DNA of 64,000 nt, taken from the NCBI GenBank assembly GCA_965237955.1, contig OZ250169.1:1728001-1792000 (forward strand). Direction: 5' to 3'. A model generated the notes under the pieces. The model was given only the letters and a program-made list of their open reading frames with translations, did not search any database and was not told the DNA's origin. This document shows, one piece after another, positions 51,593 to 62,244 of the stretch. Made by a program: the position numbers and the translations under genes. The stretch comes from Candidatus Marinacidobacterales bacterium (GTDB taxonomy: Bacteria; Acidobacteriota; Vicinamibacteria; Marinacidobacterales; SMYC01). The first letter of the stretch is position 1, and every line of letters begins with the position of its first letter.

Positions 51593-54199
51593 ATGGATGT
51601 CAACAAATTCACAGAAAAATCGCAGGAAGCCGTGGCCCAGGCTCTGGCGACACGCCACGGCCATCAGCAAGTGGAGCTCGAGCATCTCTTCCTGGCGCTC
51701 CTCGAGCAAGAGGGTGGCTTGGCAGGGAAGATTTTGTCCCGTCTCGACGTAGACGCCGGGCAGCTGAAACAAAAAGTAGAACAAGAAATCGCGTCGCTTC
51801 CGTCCGTGCAAGGTCCGGGAGCGGGTCAACTCTATTTGGGCACGCGCTTGCGCGAGGTCCTCGACCGTGCGCAGCAAGAGGCATCCCAGCTCAAGGACGA
51901 CTACGTCAGCATCGAGCACCTGCTGCTCGGAATCACCAAAGACGATGGTCCGTCGGGAAAGCTCCTCAAGGAGCACGGTGTCAGTCGGGAATCGCTTCTC
52001 TTGGCGCTCAAGGACGTGCGCGGCTCGCAGCGGGTGACGTCCCAGAATCCGGAAAACACTTATGAGGCCCTGGAGCAATACGGGCGCGATTTGACCGAGC
52101 TCGCGTCGTCGGGAAAGCTCGATCCCGTGATCGGTCGCGACGACGAGATCCGTCGTGTCATCCAGATCCTTTCGCGCCGCACGAAGAACAACCCCGTGCT
52201 CATCGGCGAGCCCGGTGTCGGCAAGACCGCCATCGCCGAAGGCTTGGCCCAGCGCATCGTGCGCGGTGACGTACCGGAAAGCTTGAAGGAAAAGCGGGTC
52301 GTGTCTCTCGATATGGGTGCGCTCATCGCCGGTGCCAAGTACCGCGGCGAGTTCGAAGAGCGTCTCAAGGCGGTTCTCAAAGCAGTGCAGGAATCGGAAG
52401 GCCGCATTATTCTTTTCATCGACGAGCTCCATAACGTCGTCGGTGCCGGTAAAGCCGAGGGTGCGCCCATGGATGCCGGCAACCTCCTGAAGCCCATGCT
52501 CGCTCGCGGCGAGCTCCACTGTATCGGCGCGACCACGCTCGACGAGTACCGGAAGCACATCGAGAAGGACGCCGCACTGGAGAGGCGTTTCCAGACCGTG
52601 CTCGTCGACGAGCCGAGCGCCGAAGACACGATTTCGATCCTGCGCGGACTCAAAGAGCGTTACGAAGTTCACCATGGTGTACGCATCAAGGACGCCGCGC
52701 TCGTCGCCGCCGCGCTTCTATCGCACCGCTACATCTCGGATCGTTTCCTGCCCGACAAAGCTATCGATTTGGTCGACGAGTCGGCCGCGCGTCTCCGGAC
52801 GGAGATCGAAAGCGTTCCCACCCATCTCGACGAAGTGGATCGTCGTGTCATGCAGCTCGAGATCGAGCGGCAAGCTCTCAAGAATGAGAAGGACAAGGCT
52901 TCGAAGCAACGTCTGAAAGCGCTCGAGAGAGAGCTCGCCGACGGAAAGACGCTGGCGGACGCTCTGAGAGCGCAATGGCAGGAGGAGAAAGATCAGATCA
53001 GCTCGGTGCGCAAGCTGCGGGTCGCGATCGAAGAGACCAAGCAGGAGATCGAGAAAGCGGAACGCGCCTACGAGCTGAGCAAGGTTGCCGAGCTTCGATA
53101 CGGCCGTCTCAACGAGCTCGAAGCCCAGCTCAAGGAAGCGGCAGCCGTCCTCGAGAGCAACAAGAGCACGCTCCTGAAAGAAGAAGTCGACGACGAAGAC
53201 ATCGCGGAAGTCGTCGCCCGGTGGACGGGTATCCCAGTGGCGAAGCTTCTCGAAGGCGAAGTCGACAAGCTTCTGAAGCTCGGGGCGCATCTGCACCAAC
53301 GTGTCGTCGGACAGGACGAGGCCGTTGACGCTATCGCCGACGCGGTCGTACGCGCCCGCGCTGGCATCCAGGATCCAGAGCGGCCGATCGGAAGCTTCAT
53401 CTTCCTCGGCCCTACCGGGGTCGGCAAGACCGAGCTCGCACGGACGCTCGCGGCTTATCTGTTCAACGACGAGAAGGCGCTCATCCGGATCGACATGAGC
53501 GAGTATCTGGAAAAACACGCGGTGGCCCGCCTCATTGGAGCGCCCCCGGGCTACGTTGGGTACGAGGAAGGCGGCCAGCTCACCGAAGCGGTGCGCCGGA
53601 AGCCGTTCTCGGTCGTGCTCTTCGACGAAGTCGAGAAAGCGCATCCCGACGTCTTCAACTTGCTGTTGCAGATCCTCGACGAGGGCCGTTTGACGGACTC
53701 GCAGGGACGCACCGTCGACTTCCGTAACACCGTGCTTATCATGACATCCAACATCGGTAGCGCCGAGATCCTCGAATTCGAAGGAGCAACCGATAGCGAG
53801 CACTACCAGAGCATGAAGAGCCAGGTGCTCGAGTTGATGAAGCATCACTTCCGTCCCGAGTTCTTGAATCGGGTCGATGAGACCGTGGTATTCCATGCGC
53901 TCGACCGGGAGCAGCTCGTGGCCATCGTCGACATCCAGCTCGAACGCCTGCGCCGCCGGCTCGCCGAAAAACGCATCGAGCTCGAGCTCACCGACGAAGC
54001 CAAGCGCTTTATCGCCGAGGCGGGCTACGACCCCGTCTACGGTGCGCGCCCCATCAAACGGACGATTCAGAAGTCGGTCGAGACCGAGATTGCAAGAAAG
54101 CTTCTCTCTGGAGAGATCCGGGAAGGGACGAAGCTCACGGTCAATGTGCAGGATGGACGGTTGAGCTTTAGCAGCCAGTCTGCAGTTCCTGCTTCTTAG
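51593..54199 (+). CDS. clpB: ATP-dependent chaperone ClpB
   Basis: Two Walker A motifs ([16 protein letters not shown]) and coiled-coil M domain. Confidence 0.98.
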   Translation: MDVNKFTEKSQEAVAQALATRHGHQQVELEHLFLALLEQEGGLAGKILSRLDVDAGQLKQKVEQEIASLPSVQGPGAGQLYLGTRLREVLDRAQQEASQLKDDYVSIEHLLLGITKDDGPSGKLLKEHGVSRESLLLALKDVRGSQRVTSQNPENTYEALEQYGRDLTELASSGKLDPVIGRDDEIRRVIQILSRRTKNNPVLIGEPGVGKTAIAEGLAQRIVRGDVPESLKEKRVVSLDMGALIAGAKYRGEFEERLKAVLKAVQESEGRIILFIDELHNVVGAGKAEGAPMDAGNLLKPMLARGELHCIGATTLDEYRKHIEKDAALERRFQTVLVDEPSAEDTISILRGLKERYEVHHGVRIKDAALVAAALLSHRYISDRFLPDKAIDLVDESAARLRTEIESVPTHLDEVDRRVMQLEIERQALKNEKDKASKQRLKALERELADGKTLADALRAQWQEEKDQISSVRKLRVAIEETKQEIEKAERAYELSKVAELRYGRLNELEAQLKEAAAVLESNKSTLLKEEVDDEDIAEVVARWTGIPVAKLLEGEVDKLLKLGAHLHQRVVGQDEAVDAIADAVVRARAGIQDPERPIGSFIFLGPTGVGKTELARTLAAYLFNDEKALIRIDMSEYLEKHAVARLIGAPPGYVGYEEGGQLTEAVRRKPFSVVLFDEVEKAHPDVFNLLLQILDEGRLTDSQGRTVDFRNTVLIMTSNIGSAEILEFEGATDSEHYQSMKSQVLELMKHHFRPEFLNRVDETVVFHALDREQLVAIVDIQLERLRRRLAEKRIELELTDEAKRFIAEAGYDPVYGARPIKRTIQKSVETEIARKLLSGEIREGTKLTVNVQDGRLSFSSQSAVPAS

Positions 54200-54345
54200 G
54201 GGCTTTGGTGCACGAATAGCTCTTGACTCCGGCAACCGCTTCGACTGAACTTCTCGATACATCGAATATCGAGGAGATGAACCCATGGCCGCGCGCAAGT
54301 CCAGCCGAGTGAACAGCAAATACACGACGAAGTACCGCGTGACCA
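54199..54345 (+). mobile_element. Remnant left end of an IS5-family (IS903-like) element
   Basis: GGCTTTGGTGCACGAAT TIR-like end followed by MAARKSSRVNSKYTTKYRVTN, then truncated. Confidence 0.6.
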
Positions 54346-54567
54346 ATCCGACGTTTCACAGCCGATGGGCCTACGATACTTTGAGAAAAGGTGGGCGATA
54401 CTACTAGTGCCGGTCCAACTATATGGACCGAAAACCGGTGTCGCTCCGGAACGACACGCCGTTCCATTGGGCGTCGACGTTCTTAGGCGGAACAAGTTGG
54501 AACGGCACTAGTCCCATGGAACAGAAAAAGATAGACAACACCGGCCCTTCTGTGATCTGCTAAATGC

Positions 54568-55809
54568 ATGAAACACAAGGGCCGGCGAAAAGCCGAATTG
54601 AAGCTGTCGTCTCAAGAAAGCGAAGCGCTGACGCGACTGGCGCGACGCAGCCGTAGTTCGCCGCACCAAGCCTTCCGAGCGAAGATCGTGCTGGATTGCG
54701 CGGCGGGTCTGACGAATATGGAAGTTGCTAGCCCCCTGGATCTTTGATTACTATACAAAGTTAGGCTTTTCGCCAGCCCATAAGATTCATAAGATTCATG
54801 CACTTAGAATGGTTTCGGCAAGCTCTGCTTTATCTAGTTTGTTCTGATACAGGGGACTAGGAAGATGCACACCATGAGGAGCACGGTGGGCAAGTGGCGA
54901 AGACGCTTTGTAGAACAACGAATGGAAGGGTTGTACGACGAACCTCGGCCGGGAGCGGCTCGCAAAATCGGCGATGACCAGATCGAGGAAGTCCTGACCA
55001 AGACGCTGGAGACGACTCCAAAGGGGAGAACCCATTGGAGTACGCGCTCGATGGCCAAGCATCTTGGGCTGAGTCATTCGACGATTGGACGTATTTGGCG
55101 AACGTTCGGGCTTCAACCGCACCGCTCGGAATCGTTTCGTCTCTCGCAAGACCCACAACTGGTCGAAAAAGTACGCGACGTTGTTGGCCTGTATATGAAC
55201 CCACCGGATAACGCGGTCGTCCTGTGCGTCGACGAGAAATCGCAGATTCAAGCGCTCGAGCGTGCTCAACCTGTCCTGCCCATGAGCTTGGGCCAGCCCG
55301 AGCGACAAACCCACGACTACATTCGGCATGGAACGACTGACCTGTTTGCCGCACTCGACGCCGCAACAGGTGAAGTCTTCGGAAAGTGCTACGCGCGACA
55401 TCGAGCGCTAGAGTTCAAGAAGTTCCTCGCTGAGATCGAAGCAGCCGTTCCCAGCGAGTTGGACATCCACGTCGTGCTCGACAATCTCGCCACGCACAAG
55501 ACACCGGCGATCAAACGCTGGCTTTCCAAGCGACCTCGGTTCCACTTTCACTTCACACCGACACACGCCTCTTGGCTCAACTTCGCTGAGCGCTTCTTTG
55601 GCTTGCTCACCGAACACGCCTTGCGACGAGGCTCGCACACGAGCGTGCCTCAGCTCCGCGCTGCGATACAAGACTATCTCGATGCTCACAACGAGAACCC
55701 AAAGCCGTTCAAGTGGACGAAATCCGCCGACCAAATCCTCGAAACCATCGCTCGGTTCGCCCAGCGAACGCTCGATACACATGGCAAATCGAATTTGGAC
55801 AGTAATTAA
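54568..55809 (+). pseudogene. IS630 transposase split by MITE copy C
   Basis: MKHKGRRKAELKLS..RAKIVL..NMEVA|[37 protein letters not shown]; TGA inside the MITE. Confidence 0.92.
54728..54860 (-). mobile_element. 133-bp IS630-type MITE, copy C (inside the IS630 transposase)
   Basis: Reverse complement of copies A/B, flanked by CTAG. Confidence 0.93.
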
Positions 55810-55856
55810 AGATCAAGGGGACTAGGCTCCTAATGATCTCGGATCGGGGTTAGAGC

Positions 55857-57266
55857 GTGCGAAAGCCGACCCGACGTGAGTTTCTGCGTGCAGCGCTAGG
55901 GGCGAGTCTAGCGCTGCCGGCGGCGTCCGGCCTCGGCGGAGGACAAACCAACCAACGGACGGCCGCCCCGGACCTATGGGGGCTGGGGTTTCCCGATCCG
56001 GCGGTGGGATGGCGCGGAGACTCCTCGGTCGCTGCGGCTCTCCGGGCCGGGCAGAGCCTTCAGTCGTTCTCCGCACCCTTTCCGCAAGTCGAAGCGAAAC
56101 CTGCCACGTCCTTGAGGGAGCGCTTTGCCGATCTCGACCGGCACTTCATTTTCGACTACTACCCGTGGTACGGGGCCGACCCCTGGAGGCACTGGAACAA
56201 CCGGGACCGCTTTCCGCCCGATGACATTGCTGCTACCAGCGTCCCTCACCTGGGGCCCTATGATTCCAAGTCCACTGCGGTACTGGAACGGCACGCACGC
56301 TGGATTGCCGAGTCCGGTGTAGGTGCGATCGCACTCTCCTGGTGGGGGCGGGGAAGCTACGAGGATGCCGCGGTCCCCCTGGTCATGGATGTCATGAAGG
56401 CTCATGACATCAAAGTTACTTTTGGTCTCGAACCTTATGCCAACGATCGCGGAAGCCGATACGCCCAGGACATCCTTTACTTGCTTCGGGAGTTCGGTGA
56501 GAAACGCGGTTGGGATGCCTTCCTCGTATTGAAGAACGAAGACGGCGCGGAGCGGCCGGTATTCAAAGGATTCCGACTCATTCTCCCGCGGGCGATCGTC
56601 GACTGTCACGGCATCACACATCGGGTACCTGATTTCACGCCGGACGGGGTTTGGCGGCGTCAGACAGACCGCCTTCGGGAGACCCTCAGGCGAGACTTCG
56701 ATCACATCACGCTCCTCGCGGACTCGCTCGATTTCGTGAGGACCCCGGCGTCCGGCTTCGATGGTGTTGGCATCTACGACAATTTCATCGAGCCGGATCG
56801 TTACGCAGGGTTCGCTGCCGGTGCTTCGCGGCAAGACCTCCTCTTCTCTTTCAACACGAATCCCGGCTTCGATGGTATCGAGCCGGGACAGGTCGATCCC
56901 GATAGCTGCTATGAGCCGCTCCCGTTTGCGCCCCCGACTGAAGGCCTCGACTGGGATTTGCTGCATGAGCGGGATCGAGCAGCGCGGTTGTCGGCGGAGA
57001 GGATCAAAGAGTCACTACAAGCTACGATTCGCGTTCAGAGTTTTGCGACTCTCACGAACTCTCAGCGCGGCTTTTTTCTCGTCTACCTCAACTCGTTCAA
57101 CGAATGGCACGAAGGCCACGCCTTCGAGCCCATGAAGGACTGGACGGAGCTTCGCGCCGAAGAAAAGGCTCTTGGTTACCATAACCCCACCTGGGGCGAC
57201 TACAGGCTGGCCACTTTGAGCGCGGAGCTCCGCGACGTCGGAGCGCTCAGCTCGTCGGCACCTTGA
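55857..57266 (+). CDS. Tat-exported GH99-like glycoside hydrolase (endo-alpha-mannosidase/mannanase-like)
   Basis: TRREFL Tat motif; YYPWYG, LGPYDS, SWWG, LEPY, NSFNEWHEG. Confidence 0.8.
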   Translation: MRKPTRREFLRAALGASLALPAASGLGGGQTNQRTAAPDLWGLGFPDPAVGWRGDSSVAAALRAGQSLQSFSAPFPQVEAKPATSLRERFADLDRHFIFDYYPWYGADPWRHWNNRDRFPPDDIAATSVPHLGPYDSKSTAVLERHARWIAESGVGAIALSWWGRGSYEDAAVPLVMDVMKAHDIKVTFGLEPYANDRGSRYAQDILYLLREFGEKRGWDAFLVLKNEDGAERPVFKGFRLILPRAIVDCHGITHRVPDFTPDGVWRRQTDRLRETLRRDFDHITLLADSLDFVRTPASGFDGVGIYDNFIEPDRYAGFAAGASRQDLLFSFNTNPGFDGIEPGQVDPDSCYEPLPFAPPTEGLDWDLLHERDRAARLSAERIKESLQATIRVQSFATLTNSQRGFFLVYLNSFNEWHEGHAFEPMKDWTELRAEEKALGYHNPTWGDYRLATLSAELRDVGALSSSAP

Positions 57267-57319
57267 CCTCGTTTCTCGCCTCGATCTTTTGAATGACCGC
57301 TTGCATCTTCTGGCGGCCC

Positions 57320-57427
57320 GAGGGTGTTGTCAAGTTGAGGGCTTCAAGGCCGATTCGACCCCAAGATATGGTCGACGGCGCATCCTCGTGCCCCCACGAT
57401 ATTGGGGCGCGATTCGGCAACTTGACA
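57320..57427. repeat. ~105-bp dispersed repeat, copy 2 (inverted relative to 15031-15138)
   Basis: TGTCAAGTTG...CAACTTGACA inverted ends; same internal motifs as copy 1. Confidence 0.8.
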
Positions 57428-57542
57428 GCAATGGCACCGCCCGTGTGGGCGGAGGTCATCGGGGAATGAACGAAATCCGTTCGTTCACTCGAAAGTACCT
57501 CGGCGGATCTACGAGTTATTCGAAGAGAACCTGAAGCCAAAA

Positions 57543-57663
57543 CGAAAAATGGGGGGCAGGCTGACTGCCTGCCCCCCAGATTTCTATCCCCGGGAGGCGG
57601 TGCGGGGGGCACCCCCCGGGGCTGGCGTCGAGATTGAGGAGCGACGCCAAATGCGTTCTCGGA
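57543..57663 (-). ncRNA. Candidate sigma54-dependent small RNA
   Basis: Consensus -24/-12 promoter upstream, stem-loop with CUCCUC loop, G/C hairpin, strong terminal hairpin plus U-tract; no credible ORF. Confidence 0.6.
57545..57578 (-). terminator. Intrinsic terminator
   Basis: Minus strand GGGGGGCAGGC-AGTCA-GCCTGCCCCCC followed by ATTTTTCGTTTT. Confidence 0.8.
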
Positions 57664-57673
57664 CACCCTTTCA

Positions 57674-57689
57674 AGCAATTGGCGTGCCA
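57674..57689 (-). promoter_or_regulatory. sigma54 (RpoN) promoter
   Basis: Minus strand TGGCACGCCAATTGCT matches TGGCACG-N4-TTGCW. Confidence 0.75.
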
Positions 57690-58017
57690 GTAACGGGTCT
57701 TCGGTGTAACTGTATATATAGCAATGGGTTATCGATGTATTGCCAAAGTCCGCCACGAGCTTCGGATTCAAATTTGAAACTGGACGTAAACTTATTACAT
57801 TTAAAAATTTAACACTTGGCGAGCTTGTGCGCGGGCTAGATCTACTTGAAGGCCCTTTATTGGGCAGGCTTGGGCGTGGCCGGGCAGTCAACGTTTAGTC
57901 GGCAAGGCCGATCGGGCACGGGCACGGGCGGTCGGGCACGACTGGAGGCTGAGCTGTCTGGTAGAATTGAGGTACACCACAACTACGTCACACGTCCTGA
58001 ACGCTGGGCGCTCCCCG

Positions 58018-59594
58018 ATGAACCAGCAGGTCGCAGAAGCTTTCAAGAAGCTCTACTTCGGCAAGCGCACCGGTGTGCTTACGTGTGAGGCGGACGCGGC
58101 GCGCCGCGCGGTCTACTTTCAGTCCGGGTTCGTCGTGAGCGCTTCCTCGAGCCTGGAGCAGGATCGGCTTGGCGAAGTCATGATCCGCCACGGTCGCATC
58201 ACTCAACAGCAGTTCGAAGATGCATCGCACTTCATCAAGAGCGGTTGGAAGCTGGGCGAGATCCTGGCCGAGCTGAGCGTTATCGATGAGGAAGAGATCG
58301 AGTCTTTCGTGCGGCTCCAGCTTCTCGACATCGCGTGCACGCAACTCATTCGCCCGCCCAAGCGGCTGTCGTTTGCGGCTCTTAGCGGAGTCGACGCCTA
58401 CCTCGAGGCGCCGCTTTCGGTCGCCGACATTCTCATGGAGGCGGCGCGCCGCACTCCCAAGCTCGGGTCGAAGCTCAGAGCGCTCAAGGGGGGAAAACGC
58501 AAGCTCGGGTTCCCGAGCGACCCCCTCAAACGTTTCCAGGACGTCAACCTGCAACCCGAAGAAGCGTTCGTACTGTCACGAGTGGACGGAACGCAGACCC
58601 CGAGGGACATTTTCGCGGTGAGCCCGCTGTCCGAGGAGCAGACCGCTCGTACTTTGCTGGGCCTGCTCGAAGCTCAGCTCATCGAGCCCGAAGGCACCGA
58701 TGTCGTCGAGCCCAAAGTGACCGAAGTCGAGGCAGCCGAACCAGAAGATGACGTCGACACCAGCCAAACGCTGAGGCGGGGCGAGCAGCGTGACCGCGAG
58801 CGTGCGTCCGTCGAGCGGCTCTACCAGGAAGTCCAATTCCAAGATCATTGGCAGGTCCTTTCGATCGATCGGGGAGCGTCTTCGGAGATGATCAAGGAAG
58901 CTTTTTTTAGCGGTGCGAAGGCCTACCATCCCGACATGTTTCGCCATATTACGGAGCCCGAGTTCCAAGAGAAGCTGTCGTTCATCTTTCAACGGATCAA
59001 CGAGGCGTACGAAACGCTTTCTTCGAACGATCCATGGAGCGTTACGAGTCGCTTCGAGCGAAAGAAGAGCTCTACGCCCAATCCCAGCAGGGTCCCCCGT
59101 CGCCCGCATCGAGGGCAGCGTCGCGAGGGAAACCAAGCGATGTCGCCAGCCTGTTCCACCGCGCACATCTGGCGTTCGATAGCGAGGACTTCTGGAGGTG
59201 CATCGAGCTCTCGCGCGAAGCCGTCGACCTCGCACCCGATTGCGCCGCCTACTACAACCTACTCGGCCTGGCTCTAGCCAAGAACCCGAAGTGGCGTCAG
59301 GACGCCGAGAAAAATCTGAAGATCGCGGCGAACCTGGATCCCTTCAAAGCGTCCTACGTCTTAGAGCTAGTCCCCTGTATCAGAACAAACTAGATAAAGC
59401 ATAGCTTGCCGAAACCATTCTAAGTGCATGAATCTTATGAATCTTATGGGCTGGCGAAAAGCCTAACTTTGTATAGTAATCAAAGATCCAGGGGACTAGC
59501 GAAACTCTACGAGAGAGCTGGCCTGCACCTGAGAGCCCAAAAAACGCTCGAGAAGGCCCAAGCGATCGATCCGACGGTAGAAGGGCCGGAGTAG
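58018..59594 (+). pseudogene. DUF4388-like + DnaJ-like (HPD) + TPR protein; frameshift near 59030 and MITE insertion at 59367
   Basis: RTGVL..RAVYF..G.VV.ASS..DRLGEV; KAYHPD..FQRINEAYETLS; YYNLLGLAL; C-terminal AKLYERAG resumes after the MITE. Confidence 0.8.
59367..59499 (+). mobile_element. 133-bp IS630-type MITE, copy D
   Basis: CTAG-flanked, near-identical to copy A. Confidence 0.93.
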
Positions 59595-59607
59595 GCCGCT
59601 GCTGCAA

Positions 59608-61020
59608 CTAGCCTTCTTTCTCATACTGCTTTAGCTTCCGCCAAAGCGTCGCCGTCGTAATACCGAGTCGTCGCGCGGTGTTCTTGCGGCTGCCACTACA
59701 CTCCGCGAGCACTTCGAGGATGTACTCCTTTTCGAGCTCGGACAGCGTGAGCGAGCTCTGTCGGGCGTGGTCGATGACCCGATCTTCGTTGCGATCGGAC
59801 TCGCCAAAAGGTAGGTCGTCCATCCCGAGGATGCCGTCTCGATCGAGAGCCGCGGCCCGTTCGATAATGTTCTCGAGCTCGCGCACGTTGCCCCGCCACG
59901 TCTGCTTCAACAGAAGGTCCATGGCTTGCGGTGAGATCGCGGGCGGCTGCGCTTTGCCCATCCGCTCGGCGATGCGCCGCACGAAGTGTTGCGCGAGAGG
60001 CGGAATATCGTCGCGTCGTGCGCGTAGCGGAGGGAGCTCGATGGGAATGACGTTGAGGCGATAGAAGAGATCCTCGCGGAAGTCGCGGTCCGCGACGCTT
60101 TTCTCTAGGTCGCGATTCGTCGCGGCGATGATGCGAACGTCGAGGTTGCGACTCGCGGTCGTTCCCACGCGGCGGACTTCGCCGTTTTGCAGGAAGCGCA
60201 ACATCTTGACTTGCGCCATCTGAGTCAGCTCGCCCACCTCGTCGAGAAACGCGGTGCCGCCGTGGGCTTCGTCGAAGAGCCCGCGTTTGTCGGCGTAGGC
60301 TCCGGTGAACGCGCCTTTCGTGTGGCCGAAAAGTTCACTTTCCTGCAGGTTCTCCGGAATCGCACCGCAGTTCACGATAACGAGGGGCTTGTCTTTCCTC
60401 GGTGAGAGCTGGTGGAGCGCTCGCGCGACGAGCTCCTTTCCGGTGCCGCTTTCTCCGGTGATGAGCACGGTGGATTCGAGTCGAGCCACCTGGTCGACCA
60501 TCTTCAATACGTCGTTCATCGCCTGTGACGTGCACACGATTTCCTCGAATGGGTGTTGACCGCGAACGGCTTGCTCGAGCAGTCGAACGCGTTGCGTCAA
60601 TCCCTTGCGTTCGAGCGCGCGCCCCGCGACGAGGGTAAGCTCCTCTGGCTGGAACGGCTTGGTGAGGTAGTCGTAGGCGCCGGACTTGATAGCTTCGACG
60701 GCTCCTTCGATCGTCCCGTAGGCCGTCATCACCACGACTTCGGTGTCGGGAAAGAGCTCCTTGCTGCGGGTGAGCACGTCCATGCCGCTCATACCGGTGA
60801 GGCGCATATCGGTGATGACGAGGTCGAAGGGCTTCTTGTACAGGTACTCGAGCGCCTGCTCGCCGCTTTCCGCAGACTCCACCGTGTAGCCTTCACGGCG
60901 GAACGTGATGACCATCGACTCGCGGATGGGCGCCTGGTCGTCGACGACGAGGACAGACACACTTTGGACCGATTCCTCGGACGTGTCCTCAGCGACGGAT
61001 CTCGATCGGTTGGTGCTCAT
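59608..61020 (-). CDS. sigma54-dependent response regulator (NtrC/AtoC family)
   Basis: REC domain; GESGTGKE; GAFTGA; WRGNVREL; Fis-type HTH. Confidence 0.95.
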   Translation of the reverse strand: MSTNRSRSVAEDTSEESVQSVSVLVVDDQAPIRESMVITFRREGYTVESAESGEQALEYLYKKPFDLVITDMRLTGMSGMDVLTRSKELFPDTEVVVMTAYGTIEGAVEAIKSGAYDYLTKPFQPEELTLVAGRALERKGLTQRVRLLEQAVRGQHPFEEIVCTSQAMNDVLKMVDQVARLESTVLITGESGTGKELVARALHQLSPRKDKPLVIVNCGAIPENLQESELFGHTKGAFTGAYADKRGLFDEAHGGTAFLDEVGELTQMAQVKMLRFLQNGEVRRVGTTASRNLDVRIIAATNRDLEKSVADRDFREDLFYRLNVIPIELPPLRARRDDIPPLAQHFVRRIAERMGKAQPPAISPQAMDLLLKQTWRGNVRELENIIERAAALDRDGILGMDDLPFGESDRNEDRVIDHARQSSLTLSELEKEYILEVLAECSGSRKNTARRLGITTATLWRKLKQYEKEG

Positions 61021-62244
61021 CGGAACTCGATTCTGAACTCATGGGAAATCTCAATCGGAACGCGCTTCCTCGTCCCTCTTCGCTTTCTACTTCGACCTCG
61101 CCGGCATGTGCTTCGACGACGCGGTGCACGATCGCGAGGCCCAGCCCGGTGCCATCGGCCTTCGTCGTGTGGAAAGGCTGAAAAATTTTGTCTCGCTCGC
61201 TCGCGAGAATACCTTTGCCGGTATCAGCGACGACGATTTCGAGAAAATCGCCACCCTTCGTCGAGCGACTCACTTCCACCCGAATCTCGCCGCCCTTGGG
61301 CATGGCTTCGACCGCGTTCACGAGTAGGTTCCAAAGCGCTTCGCGGGTCTGCGCCGAGTCGAGCGGGACTTTCGGCAAACCGGGCTCGTACTCTTTTTCG
61401 ATTCGGATCTCGCTTTTGCCCGTTTGTTCTTGGGACAGCAGAAGGAGCAGGTCGTCGAGGACGTCGGTCACGTGCTCCGGCATCTTGTGAATGGGCCGCG
61501 GTCGTGCGAACCGGAGAAAATCGGCGACGATATCTTCGAGGCGTTGCGATTCATCGTTGACGACTTCGAGGCGGCGGCGATCGTCGCCGTGTAGATCTAA
61601 ATCGCGCCGGAGAACGCCCACCGAGTTCGAGATTGCGCCTAGTGGGTTTCGAATCTCGTGCGCGATCTGCGCTGCCAACTCACCGATCGCAGCGAGCCGC
61701 TCCGAACGGATCAGTTTCTCCTGCGTCTCCTTCAGCTCCTCGTACGCGCGCCGAGTCTCCTGGAAGAGCTCGCGATAGCGTTTTTCGGATTCCCGCAGTC
61801 GCGCCGTCCGCTCACGCACTTTCCTTTCGAGTGAGCGCTGGTAGTCTTCGTTTTCGGCCTCGAGTCGACCTTTTTCACGTAGAAGCGCGTTCCGCTCGCC
61901 CGCTCGACGACGGCAAGGAGCACCGGACGAGTGACGGGCTTGGTGATGTAGTCGTAAGCGCCTTCTTTGAGAGCCTCGACCGCGGTGGATAAGTCTGGAT
62001 GGCCGGTGACCATGACCACGCTCATGGTCTCGTCGTGTTCGGCTGCAAAACGAAGCAGCGATAATCCGCTCTCTTGCGGGAGCATGAGGTCGGTAAGCGC
62101 GACGTCGAATCGCTTCTCCGCGAGATGTGTCTTGGCCTCGTTGAAGCTCGACGCGGCAACGACCTCATGGCCCTCCAGTTCGAGGACGTCCTGAAAGGTT
62201 GCTCGGACGGTCTCTTCGTCGTCGACGATCAGTATCGATGGCAC
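60989..62244 (-). CDS. Receiver-fused histidine kinase, frameshift near 61890
   Basis: N-terminal REC (ILIVDD..TDL..KP); IAHEIRNPL, NLLVNA, DTGKGI, GTGLGL. Confidence 0.88.

Larger units (their letters stand above)
54508..55825 (+). mobile_element. IS630-family insertion sequence, interrupted by a MITE
   Basis: CTAGTCCCATG.../...CAAGGGGACTAG ends; DDE transposase. Confidence 0.93.

Noticed and set aside
52718-54346. Long antisense ORFs opposite clpB, dnaK, the RND genes, the M14 peptidase and the 7725 gene
   Set aside because: Expected shadow ORFs of GC3-rich genes, with no recognisable motifs.
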